From Pecten maximus (lineage: Eukaryota), in the NCBI RefSeq assembly GCF_902652985.1, contig NC_047015.1:41478001-41542000 (forward strand): a stretch of 64,000 bases of DNA, written 5' to 3'. Under the pieces are notes generated by a model. It was not told the origin of the DNA and made no database searches. It was given only the letters and a program-made list of their open reading frames with translations. Each line of letters starts with the position of its first letter. The stretch's first letter is position 1. Positions 51,466-64,000 of the stretch are shown piece by piece. The translations under genes and the position numbers were made by a program.

Positions 51466-54400
51466 TGTCCGAAATGACCCATTGATAACATTCCAGGCTA
51501 TATGATTGAAATACACATAATGTTAAGTCTGTCTTAAATGTATTGTCATCAATTCTGTAATTGCACCCTCGGGTCTGTTAAATTGAGTAAACAATTAATA
51601 AATAAATAATATCTTTGTTATCGATTATGGAATGCAGAATACAAAATGTGCAATATGTTCAAGAAAACGGCATGAAGCAATAGAGATAATATGAATCTGC
51701 ACTTTACTTATTTCATATATATATAATTACTCTGTAATATTTATTTAACTATATCATAAAATAACTATTTTATGTTTATATCATCTAAAACATCAAGCTA
51801 ACAAAGTGTCTCTTACATCATTTATATTGCCTGATATACTTTTATAATATTATCAAGAAAACAAAAACAGTGATAGTTATTTGTGAAGATGCTGTTGCAA
51901 AAGGTTCGAAATTAAAGTACATTTTAAAGTGTTTTATTGTAAAATACAAATGGATAACCATTAAAAGGAAGACACTGACATTGATATTTTCCCTTTTAGT
52001 TCCTATTTTAACAGCAATTATCGACACGATTTAACTGATGGTTCCCGTGTTTACTGCAATTATTAAAAAGGAAATATAAATATTTGGTGTTCTAGACTAT
52101 TTTAGAGTATAAATATAAACATTTTTCTCATCAGTATATGCAATTTTAATGGCGTATGATTACGTAGTTCTTTCTCAATCCTGCCTTGAAAACGAAAGTA
52201 AAACAAGAAATATCTTTAAAAAAGACGAACGGCATAGTTTTAATGCTGGTGGTTGTAAACTGCTGGTAAAATAAATTAACGAACTAATGCCTTTCAGCAT
52301 GGATTACAAAGTTATATCAGTTTGAATCATTTTTGGTGATAATAAGATTGCATTTGAATCAGGAATATAACTGTATTAATGTGTCATTTGAAAAGATGCA
52401 CCCACTTATTCAGCTTGCATTCCTCAGAGAAACTATCATCATGTCTTAGATTCATATGTTCATCCTGAGTTCATATGCAGGAGCATTTCATATAAGCCTA
52501 ACACCAATCGTGTTTACGTAGTCAAATGTTTACAATTCTATAAATAGCTTTTCAGCCAAACATTCCACGAGATAACTTCAGCGGCCACGTGACTAATCAC
52601 GTGATCATCACGTGTTGGCCAAAAGGCGGCTATGTCTACTGTAACTAAACCAGCGACCGTTCGCAGATTCATATTTATTTGTATGTCGCTAGAATACGCA
52701 AGAAATATCAACATGAAATGAAGGCAAATTGTAACAAACTACATTGCCGTTTTTTATGAAGATTTTATTAAATAAGATTATTATTTGTTGATCCGTGACT
52801 GGCGTCTTGTTTGTCAAAACTATAGGCCTATATACAGTGTATGTCTCGTGGGACAGCGTGACAGACATGTTTTCTTGAATATATACAGAATAGGAATAGG
52901 AATAACCAGATTAAGAAATTTCATTTGATACAAATGTAGTTGTCTGACTATAAAATCCAATTTTAAATTTCTTATTCTATGATCTCAGACCCTGACGTTT
53001 CTCAGGGCCTTTGGCCCTTGGATTTTATGTATGCTTATTATTTCTATTTATTCATTTATTTTTGTAATAGTGATACTTTCTAGGTTCCACTAATAGTGAT
53101 AGTCATAGTCATCCTTATGCATGTATACTTACAAATCAGACAGCTTAATCTTGATCTCAATAGTTTAATCCAACAATAGTTTTTATCAAATGTAATGACG
53201 AAGTATGATATTAATGAAAACCTTATAGATATTTTTTATGGGGTGTTCAATCGCTAAACACTAAGGAAAATGAAGAAATATTCATTCCTGTTCAGGAGTT
53301 CATTTGTAACAGTAAAAGATTTTAATAATGTCCACATCTTGATTAGTTTTCAAACACCGCTGAGGCTACATCATTTTTTTGGGGAATTTAAAGTATCAAA
53401 TACACTTATGTAATCAACTGAAGTATTTTGTTGAGAAGTTAATTTGTCCGTCTCATTATTGTGAGTAAATGTCTATGATTTAACGCTGGAAAGGAATTGG
53501 TATAAGCTTTTAGCTTGTTTTCCAATCCTATATGTATATATGATTTGTAATCAGTTAAGTTAATTAGTACCAAGAAAAATATCAGCGATACTTAGCCATA
53601 AGGATAAGGGTTATCGGATAGTAGTAAATGGCCTGAAGTGATTTTGTTTCGCATTTTTAATCATTTCAAACAGTGAAATATCTATAATATATATGTTGTT
53701 GTACTATAGATGTCTTCTGCAAATCTAGTTGATGAAAATGATATATGGTATGTACAATATTCATTAAATAGTAACGAAATGAGATGAATTCAAAGTTTGT
53801 GTAAAATAGAGGTAAAAACCATGTAGTGTGGGAGAATGCAGGTAAAATCCAGGTAATGTCGGAGAACACAGTTAAAATCCAGGTATTGTAAGATATTTAT
53901 AGGAAGCAGACTATAATGAATGTCATAACATACCTGCCCCTATGTTATTTTTAAAACGTGGGAGAAAGGAGAACACACCAGCTCATCATTCGCGAATTTG
54001 AAGTCATTTCTACATCAGTGTTTTCGAAACCATGTTTTAAAATCTCAGTGTCTTCTCTACTGTCACCGCACGACCTTTCTACGGTAGGGTATAAAATGTG
54101 CTGCATATCCAAGCACGACTCAAAAGAAAGCAGCCACATGCTGGTGGTGCGATACAGACAGTAGTTCGTGGAATCTTTATATCATCTCCTTTCGAGGTCT
54201 GTTGGGTAACAGCTGGAAACCAGTGCTCGTCTAAAATAAGGGTTAAAAGCCTTAACTGCTTTACACCAGAGGCTGCATGACTTACAAGTGGGTCAGAGGT
54301 GAGATTAATGTGTGTGTAAAATGTTTTAATAAAAAAAAGCCTGTCATATTTACATCGCTACTGTTGCTACTTTGACCGGAGAGGCGGAACCAAGAGTCTT

Positions 54401-55117
54401 TATACAAACAAAATGTAGTTCCATCTTCAATACTTATTCAGTGAAATTGTTGGAGTGATTTTCATGTTTTGAACATTTAGGAGACCGTAAAAACATCGGA
54501 TTCATGTAAATATTACATTGATCTTGTAAATACCGACGGCGGAGAGTACTACCCATGGTATGCGGTCCCCGTCATTACTAAACACTGTAATGAGGCTTAT
54601 GTTGTTATGAAAAATGAATGCAATTTTCGCCAATTGTTTCTAGCACACTTAATGTAAATATATATAAATATTTCTGATTACCAATAAGGCTATGTACATG
54701 TATATATATGTCAGAGCTTCCTAACTTAGCAGCATATCACTGAATCCTAAACATTTTACCCGTATACACAGGGCAATGTCGACAGTCTAGTTTTCAATTT
54801 GATGTTGATTGTTCTCTTGAAGACGGGAATTGCAAGATAAATCAGTGGTTTTCCTTTGTCCCCTATCGGCAATATTGACATAAACATACATACTTTGATT
54901 CCCCGATCGCACTTAAAAAGGTATGGGGTCATATTTACGAAAACATGGGTTTCGCTTGGTACTCCTCCCATAATAAAGCCTCTCGCGCGCTTTCATATCA
55001 GCCAACAAGATTTATTGATATAAGTTGGTATAACTTGTTTCGAAATTGTTGTAATGTAAATAAAGTTAACATCAATAATGACACCGTTATGGTAAATCAA
55101 TAAAATAAATGTTAACA

Positions 55118-56072
55118 ATTGTGTTTTTATTTCAAAACGCTACACCTCATTAACCCTCAGATGGATTACTATCAAATTTGATGTGAAACATCATTGGGAG
55201 AGGGCCCTCATATGTTATATGAATGAGGTTGGTCCGACCCCTGGGGACAGAGGGACAGGACCAAAAAAGGGGAACTTTGCTGAAATTTTGCTTTACAATC
55301 CTACCCCTCATTTACCCTTTGATGGATTTCATCCTCATTTGGTGTGAAACAAAATTAGGGAAAGGCGGTCATATTTAAAAAAAAAAAAGAGACTGGTCCG
55401 ACCCCTATGGACAGAAGGACCCAAAAAGGGGAGCTTTGCTGAAATTGTGCTTTAAAATCCTACTCCTCCTTACCTCTTTGATAGATTTCATCCTCATTTG
55501 GTGTGAAAAACAATTGTGGAGGGCTTTCATATCTTTAGGTGATCTGACTCAAAGGATCAGGATGACCTATAGCCATCGTGTTTCGTCCGACGTCGTGCGC
55601 CGTGCGTCGTGCGCCTGGCGCCGTCCGTACGACTTTTTATTTCAGAACGCTACTCCGTCTTAACCCAATGCGGCTGATTTGACCCCTGGGGCATAAGTAA
55701 TGGGGGCACAAAAGGGGAACTTTGGTTATTTTTTGCTTTAAAACCCTACTCCTTCTTAACCCGTGGGTGGAATACATACTTCTCCTTAATGCCTTAATTT
55801 ACTACAACCATATTTAGTATAAAACATCATTGGGGAAGGGCAAGCCTAACTGACATAAATGAGGCTCGTCCAACCAATGGGGACAAAGGGGTATGCCCAA
55901 AAATGGGAACATATTTACTTAAATTTTGCTTCAAGCGAAAATGGATCAATTTTTTTTATCTGAAATGTAACTGGCTGCGAATAGACAATTTATGGTAATG
56001 GTGCTGGATTGAGGGGATGTCTCTGCTGTAAGTGTTTGAAAGATGACCGTTTAGGCCCATGGGCATCTTGTT
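55118..56072 (+). mobile_element. Helentron/HINE-like element(s) with ~160-bp internal satellite-like units
   Basis: Head TTTAGGTGATCTGACTC...GGATGACCTA plus a (CGTC/CGTG)n microsatellite at 55534-55630. Tail GATGACCGTTTAGGCCCATGGGCATCTTGTT ends at 56072. Units of about 160 bp (CTAC.CC.C.TTAACCC...GACCCCTGGGG...AAAAGGGGAAC) lie both inside and upstream (55140, 55301, 55460). Confidence 0.7.
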
Positions 56073-57659
56073 ACACTATATCAAGTTGATGACACTGCTT
56101 CTTTTTTTTTTTTTTATTTATTTATCATTTTGTTTATTTATTTCTTGTCAACATCAAAACAAACAGACGAAACAACAATACAATAGATAAATGACTTATT
56201 AAATAAACAGGTACATTACTTCTCAAATGTATATGACAAATCTTTATTGAAAAAATAACTTTGCACAAATGTATGGTATTTGATGGAGACACATGTAGAC
56301 ATTCTACTTGGTGGAGACATCTATTGATTTTGTGGAGATGGTATATAAAAATGTATGGATCTAAAATGAGTGTGTACTACGGGGTAGAATACTGGTTTAT
56401 CTATATACATTTATTCTTCACTACGTTTGATGTCTGTGGAGAGCTTACAGTCGTATGTCGGGACGCAAACCTCAACCAAACTGTGCATCCATCCGTTGAA
56501 TTACTGTCACTATCTAGCCGTAAAGGACACAGAAGTGTGATCAGTATAGTGATGTACTCAGGGATAATGACAGGTAATATTTACAGGTGTATCGTTTTCC
56601 TTTCATTTATTTTGATAATTTGTTTGTGCTTTTCGGTGTTTGATATTAACGTCAAGATTAATTTGGACGTTATTGTAATATGACCCGTGCTGTTTATAGG
56701 ACGTTAAACAAGATAACATTAATCTACCAATTGGTTAATATAGAAATATGTATCACAATGGGGTTGTTATGATCACATAATAATTGTACATTGTAATCTT
56801 GAAATATGTAAATCGTGTTCCGTGCCCCTTTTCAGTGAACCGTGACCATTTGTGTGGTACGTAACTACATACAATGGATTTGTTTTCGGTACAGCGATTT
56901 TCTAACATATTTATATTTCATGGGGGTTGATATATTACCATTAACGGATAGATGCTTACAGTCAAGTACACAAATACTACATATTTGTTTTTGGTATTCA
57001 ACGAGGATAGCTAATGACTTGATTTATAATGCACACATTCGAAAACTCATTATGGATTAAAAATAACTCATGTATGCATAGTATCATTTGTGCATACTGC
57101 TTGTAATCATTAATATTCTGTTCACGGCTTTGATACATGGGCACAATAACACGAGGAATCAGCTCGACTGTAGTGTGTTTCTTGGTCTGGGAGCGCTTCG
57201 CTAGTATATTATACGCTATATCTAGATGGACATAAGAAAATGGAATTAAAAAAAATAATAAAATGACATAAAATTTCTTGAAAAACGGCATATTTTGTCA
57301 GTGTAATACATTCCTTGCAGTTTTTGATTGTTACGATTATTTATATAGATAGTGTGGCCCAATGAAATCCATTAAACCAATTTCAAAATATTTTATTGAC
57401 AATATCTACATGTATGTAATACATAAAAATATTTATGCATGGAACTACAGCATTGTTAAAATGATCAGACAACAGGCTAAGCCTATATAAGTCTTCTTCC
57501 AGAAAAAAATTCAGCTTTGACCTGACAGAAAGATGTAACGCTCCCTCTTTTGATACTAACGTATAATCGTAAAGTATGAAAGTTAAATGTACGTATACTA
57601 GACTAAGACGATAAGAATTCATTCACACATCCATTCAAACATTCATACTAGAATGTTGT

Positions 57660-59110
57660 AACAATATAAAAAAGCAAAACTTGCTAGAGATAGAAATATA
57701 TATCTGTATACAAAGTATGTTTGCTACCAAAATCATGGTTCATAGAGTAGCGCTCAGAAGATCAAATATATAAGTTAACTTGATAAAGTATAAACTTATT
57801 TAAATGATCAGCTGTATTGAGGATACTGTATAATAAACAATGAAGATTTATATAACCTGATAAATTATAAATGGGTGTAATATGGTGTATTAAGTTGGAA
57901 TATAGCGGACATTGAAAGAAAAAAAATGCTTAGTATCTTCTTCTCCAGGTGCACCACACGCACAGGAAGCCTTATCCACCAGGTGATCTTGGAATCTATC
58001 ACTATTTAAATCACTTTTAAAATTCTTAAGTTGACATAAAATTATGTAAAGTTTCCTCGGAATAGAATTGATTAAAATTTCAGAAGCAATTCAAATTGAT
58101 AGTTGATTTTATACTACGTTTAAAATAAGAAACCGAAGTAGAGTCTCTTAAGGTACTGTCAAGTGCACTCCACATATTCATTATTGAAGGAAAGACATTT
58201 TTCATATAGCTAGTAGTTCGTGATTGCATTAGTATTAGTTTATTATTTTGTCATCTTGAGCTTAATGACTCTAGTTGTGTTTCCGTATATAAAATGTGAT
58301 GAGGAGTACCTCTTCTGAGATATTCAAGAAGGTCAGATTATGTTTTGGTACAGTTATCCCACACAGCATCAGAATATTCCAATACTTGTCTAATATATGA
58401 AGTATATATAAATTTTTTTTTATGTTTTTCTATCAACTGATTTTTTAGAACACGAAGTATACTTAGTCTATAGGTAGCTTTGTGATAAATATGTGAGATA
58501 TTTTCCACCCGTGTTCCTTTACTATTAAATGTTAGGCCTAGGTGATTGTGATATCCATGTTGTGCAAATAATCATAAATCATTCAAGTAGGTGTATATAG
58601 GTCATTATTATTGTGTACTATAACATAGAGGGATGTGTCATCAGCAAAGAATTTTATATTAGAAGTTACATTTTTTGTGATGTCATTAATGAAAAGAAGA
58701 AATATAAAGGGACCAAGGACAGATCCTTGAGGGAACTCCTGCAGATATAAGTCTAGTGCTTGATTTATAACCTTCAAAGACAACCCTTTGTTTTCTGTCA
58801 GATAGGTAAGCTTTAAACCAATCAACTAATCTACATTTAATGCCATTAGTTTTTAATTTGTGTAAAAGACCTGAATGCCAAACTCTATCAAAAGCTTCAC
58901 TTATATCCCAGAAAACAAAGCGCATATCTTTACTTGGTCCAAATTACTACTTATAGTATTATAGATATCAGTTAATTGATTTACTGTTGAGTCAGGGGGT
59001 CGAAAAACTGACTGGTGTTCATTTAACATATTATGAATAGAAATATAATTAAAAGTATATTTAAAAATAATCTTTTCCAACATCTTAATAAAGATAGATA
59101 TAACAGCAGT
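57660..59110 (-). mobile_element. Decayed CR1-clade LINE, 5'-truncated (RT domain to 3' UTR)
   Basis: Frameshifted ORFs: [70 protein letters not shown]. The C-terminal CACG...HFFFQCPLY lies near 57900-57970. Boundaries are approximate. Confidence 0.9.
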
Positions 59111-60399
59111 AACATTGGCAACTTTTAATTCTATGTAATCTGTTGTTTTTGTCTTAATTTGTGCCTAATCTCACCTTCATCCATAATTTGTCATCAGGAT
59201 ATACAATAACTGTTTTATATGGTATATGTGTGTTAGTAGTGTATTTTTTCTAAGACAATTGGATATAATTCATTTATATTATCATTAGCATTACAAACAT
59301 AAATTATCCCAAGCAACATTTATTTATCCATTGTTAATATCCTTACATTGAGCTTCATTAAAATTGAAGATAGTTTTTTTTATAAGGTTTAATTTTTAAA
59401 GTTTTAAAACAGATATAAGCTAGAATTGGACAGCGATCACTGTAAAGAGGACCAAGTACCTGTATTGAATTAAAATATCAACTAACTAACATTGTTAGTC
59501 ATTAAACCAACGCGTTGTACCAACATTCTACTGCATCGTCTAAGTATCAAAGTGTTGCGATTGTTATTTATTACACATGCAGATATCACATCTAGAAATA
59601 TATTATTATTTCATAAGTAAGTGATATAAGTATTTTATTATTTACTCTCTTTCTAGATCTTTAACCTTAGTGCGAGGAAGTATTTTTATTTCGCAGTAAC
59701 TTGAGCATAGAACGCGTTGAAATATATAAAATTATAAGCTGCCCTTCCTTAGTTCTCTGCCCACTGTCTTGGCTGCGTTCCGCTTACAAAGATAGAAGGG
59801 AACCATGCTTATTTTTTTATTGATGACCACAAATTATTGACATTTACGTTGTGTATTATGTAACCTTACTATTTAAAACATTTTCCATAATGAGATCGGT
59901 GCACACATGCGCAATTAGTGTGAATGCGCAGTGATTCTCTTTCAATTTTTTCGTTTCTGCTTTGAGTTTTCCCCTCAAATAAGATATGAATTGAAAATGG
60001 TAGAATAAACTAAAATTGAACGATAAAAAAATAAAATGATTCACATATCTTATAGTTATCGAATACAAATGATGATACTGTGGAACTTATATTTGTTTAA
60101 TGCTGTAGTTGACAACTTTTACCGTCTAATTGGAACCAGCTGGTTAGCGATTCTAATTATTGTCCGGCTGTTACACGTCTATTCGTATAACATTGCAAGA
60201 AGAATGTCGATTACATTTTTGATAACACTAAATACAAACACAAATAAAAATGTAAAGATAGGGAATGATTATTATGTTTGTATCTCTGTTACAGATAATT
60301 TGATAACATTAAATAAAAACACAAGTAAAAATGTATTCAAGCTGAAAAATGCCTGATCCTTTGAAAATCTGCGAACGGCGTTCTCGTACGCGGTACAAA

Positions 60400-63170
60400 T
60401 CCATCTTGGTCACTTTTACACATCATACATTCTTTAAAAAAAAAGCATCATTCTTGATAATAAAACTACGCTGTAGAGATTTCCATTCAGTCATTAGTTC
60501 TTTTGAGTCTTACATCCAAATGACTTTTATTTAAATATCTGTTCATGAAAACCGCACGCTCTTGAAATATATAATATAAGGTCGGCTAACATCCGTAGCC
60601 GTTAATGTTATATAATACTATATGTTATATTGACCTCCCATCCGTTACTTCTTCCTCGTGTAAATATCTACACCACATCTTTCGGAATATCCTTAATCGC
60701 TGGTAAACGTAAACGAGGGGTTCCGATTAGCACATAATGAACCCATTTTTTTTTAACTTATGAGATTTCATCTGTAGGTGTAAGTTTAGTGTATTTACGT
60801 AAGAATGAAAACATTAAATCTTAATTTGATCGCAGCAAAACACCCATTTTTGATGGAACATTCATCCTATTTCACAAGTAACGAAGTCATAAAACGATTG
60901 CACCACTTACACCTGATATATGTGTTGACAAACAAAGGTCGTGTCGTCGAAATTCCTTCACTACAATTGTTAACAACATCTAGATCTTTTTTGGTCAACT
61001 TGGAATGCCGTCAGTAGATTAAGTTTTAGCAGATCGGCAGCTGATTTTTAAAGGTAAATTGCTGCTGTATTCAGGAGTACTTGTTCGATAGTTGAGTCCC
61101 CGACACTAGTTCTGTTGATTCCGTATCATTTTTCCCTTTCCACCTTCCAATCCTCGGGTTTAAAACACAGTTCTGAAAGAGAATGAACATTACTTATCCA
61201 AGAAAGACAAATAGCGTTATAAATGCATTGTTGTTAACTTAACAGAACATATTTCGTCAAGCATACAACCAGGGCTCCAAAGAGATATACAGAATATGAA
61301 ATTGTAATAAGGATTTTATTTCTCATCGATGACATCCTTGCTGAATTTGGTAACCAGATCTCCCAACATATTGTTGTCACAACATTGATAGAAACTGTTT
61401 ATTCTTTGTTGACCGAACTCTTTTAATTTTGTACGAGGCTTTATGTTAGAACTGATAATGACAGGTAACATATACTCTACAAAGTCCTTCGATTTCATCT
61501 ATAGGTATATTGACAGTATTTTATCAACAAAAAGTACGTTATTAACCATGTCAATGAGGTATTTACACTTACTTGCATGTAGGTGAGAAACAGAATTATA
61601 GGTCTGTTCCGCGAACAATGATATCTCAATCTTCGTGTAAGCGTTTGACTGGCTAGCATTCGACAAGCCTCCTGCTGAATTGCCAAATCCTTACACTTTG
61701 ATCGATATATCGATGTCTACAGAACATACTTTGTTAGATTATATTAAACAAGGACACTACCGACCCTTTAACAATAGATAGCCACTAACCTCGATCTTTA
61801 CTTACTTCGTAACCAGAAATGCCATGTACTTAATTTTAAATTACTGATGTTTTATCTGTCTTTTAAAACACTTATATGAGCCGAGTTACATAAGGTCACG
61901 TGTCATACTAACGGCCATCTTCGCTAACCAAGGGTTACTCTACGCTAATCACCATTTCACAGGGAGAAATGGATATTAGCGTAGGGTAACCCTTGGTTAG
62001 CGAAGATGACCAACGGCCTTCAGGTCGGAAATTCGCGCCGTTTTTAATACCGTAATGTTGAATATATCGCAACAGCGATAAATGTTTTTTCCCTACATGC
62101 ATATATGTCAGCAGACATAAACAGAATAGCCCACTTATTTTACAGCCAAATTACATTTCGCGGCTGAGATAGGGCTGGCATTACCCCGTTTGTACTATGG
62201 CAGGAGGTCTGATTTTTGTCGACCCAGAATTTCGAAAGAGATCAAAATTCTTCAGATTACTACTGACCGGCATGATAAGCGTGGTATCTTCAATATCCTT
62301 ATTGTTCTTTTTCTTATTCTAACTACATTTTGTAGTAACATATACGCTTCCCCTATCGACGGTATTAACATGCCCAAACTGAATAGATATTCACGGACTG
62401 GTTCCTATTATTACGATTTCTGCTACAGATGCCGACTATAGAAAAATAACACAAAGTTTCGAGAGATGCAGGTTGATGGAGACCATGGAAAAGTTTAATG
62501 GAAGGCATCATGATCTAATTTGGAAATATTCATTGGTCATCCAAATCAATTTATTTCGTTGTTCGCCCTGGATTCATTGAATTTGAATTTCGTTATAATG
62601 TAGGCATTCTCTTATTTCACCAATCACTAAGCACCATTCAGCATCAAAATCTTAAAACAGACATTTTATATATAAACATGTACAGTTATTTAATTCGATA
62701 GATGCTTACTTCTCGGATATCCTGGACATTCATCACTAGGACGATAATCAAACCCGCGAACTTTACACTTATAATCACCAGGAAGAAATGCTGATATGAA
62801 TGCAGGACTTCTGTTACGTCAGTACTATGTAAAAGAAGAAACATAAAGTCAATAAGAGGGATATTATTACGTTACGTTACATCTACAGTTACTTTTTGAA
62901 TTAGTATACATTTTTAAATTGATAGCATTGTGTCAGCAAAATTTGTAGGTGTTACACAATTCTTCAATGGTGGCTTTCTAATGTTTTAGGTTGGAGTACG
63001 TTGAGACGTTTCTGCCGTTATTTCTCGTTGTTGCCACATAATCGGTTGAATGTCAGTGCCTAATCAGAAATCTCTGATTGAATCGATCTCTGAGTACAAG
63101 GATGATATTTCAAAATCTCCAAAGTTGCCGTATCTGCCTACAATATATCCAGTCTTCAAATACTGCAAAC
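60400..63170 (-). pseudogene. Heavily decayed coding relic, possibly DZIP3-type HEPN + STAND NTPase family
   Basis: Protein-like but stop-ridden minus-strand stretches. GRYGNFGDFEISSLY near 63100-63140 resembles the DFDISLLY motif of DZIP3-like HEPN domains. Other fragments are the ORFs 61316-61498 and 61495-61686. No intact Walker A motif was found. Confidence 0.25.
61916..62008. mobile_element. 93-bp hairpin MITE with 9-bp TSD
   Basis: CATCTTCGCTAACCAAGGGTTACTCTACGCTAAT ... ATTAGCGTAGGGTAACCCTTGGTTAGCGAAGATG. Flanks are ACTAACGGC (61907-61915) and ACCAACGGC (62009-62017). Confidence 0.85.
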
Positions 63171-63433
63171 TGCAATAAATGTATTCCGTCATCATCGATA
63201 ACGTGAGAAGCAAAAATGGACATAATAAAATTTATTTGTCATTTGTAATTTCTAATAGCACGTAAATACATATCTATATTTTCATATCACAACGAGTGAT
63301 TGACATTCGAAAGAAAAAAAAAAAAAATCACGAGGAACAAAATATTAGTTTTTAATATTCTCTGATGTGCTTTGAGGATTCCCTGTGTTTTATTTTATAT
63401 TATCACATTCTTCTATTTTCCTGATATTGACAG

Positions 63434-63561
63434 TTTGGTTTGGTTTGGTTTATTTTGTTTAGCGTCCTATTAACAGCTAAGGTCATTTAAGGACGGCCTC
63501 CCGTGCGTGCGACATGCATGCGTGTGGTGATTGCGTATGTGTGTTTTGGGAGGCTGCGGTA
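63434..63561 (-). mobile_element. 3' portion of a SINE with an (AAACC)n tail
   Basis: The minus strand ends ...ATGACCTTAGCTGTTAATAGGACGCTAAACAAAATAAACCAAACCAAACCAAA. A related tail TATGACCCGTGCTGTTTATAGGACGTTAAACAAG occurs at about 56680-56713 (+). Confidence 0.65.
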
Positions 63562-64000
63562 TTGACAGTCACTTTGTAAATTTTGTCTACTTTTCAGTTA
63601 TTTAGATATTTAACTCATTGTACATTGTGTAAGTTATAGCATAGAATAATACGTACACTTCAGGTTTCTTCAATATATATCCTGCAATAATTAAAAGGAC
63701 CGCTGGAGTGAGATGTCTCACGAAATACATGATCCCTCCGAGAGTTGCAACAGTGAATGGTTTGCTGATGATTATCAGAAGCTGCCAAGTGATTACCTAC
63801 AACATTTACACACAACAGAAGTATATACCAATGACCAAAGACTCTTATGGATGGTTTGCAATATCTACGTCATCTTTTTAACTTACCACGACTACAGTTG
63901 TCCCTATTCCATCCGCCATCGCTAGTATGAGAGGATGAATGGTCGGAAAGAACCCCAACATCACATAAACAATCACCATCCAAAGCATGCCACAAGTCAG

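Noticed and set aside
53930-54290. Overlapping short ORFs on both strands
   Set aside because: No frame stays open or gives a recognisable motif. It could be a decayed exon or transposon piece, but this is unsupported.

Overview
AT-rich, intron-containing eukaryotic DNA; the repeat landscape looks like a marine invertebrate, probably a bivalve mollusc (inference). The ORF track misses most real coding sequence because the genes are spliced. Reading splice sites and frames by hand gives two divergently oriented genes. (1) A 22-exon minus-strand formin (10781-30097, about 1000 aa) with GBD/FH3 (DID) and FH2 domains, FMNL-like and probably of the multiple-wing-hairs-related (MWHF) subtype. It has almost no FH1, a long acidic tail, one U12-type minor intron, and an intronic minisatellite built from copies of its own exon end and splice donor. 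(2) A 13-exon plus-strand MFSD1-like MFS transporter (42319-51465) with a 1-nt frameshift in exon 11. The 9.5-kb formin intron 12 is almost entirely a TTAA-flanked Kolobok-type transposon. Nested inside it are a MULE with ~620-bp modular TIRs carrying SWIM + Ulp1-like protease + PHD coding sequence, a 140-bp solo-LTR-like element holding a tRNA-like unit, and Helentron/HINE-like elements. The rest is decayed CR1-type LINEs, MITEs, minisatellites, a palindromic element with a tRNA-like unit, and a heavily decayed possible HEPN/STAND pseudogene. All protein-family calls come from remembered motifs, not database searches.
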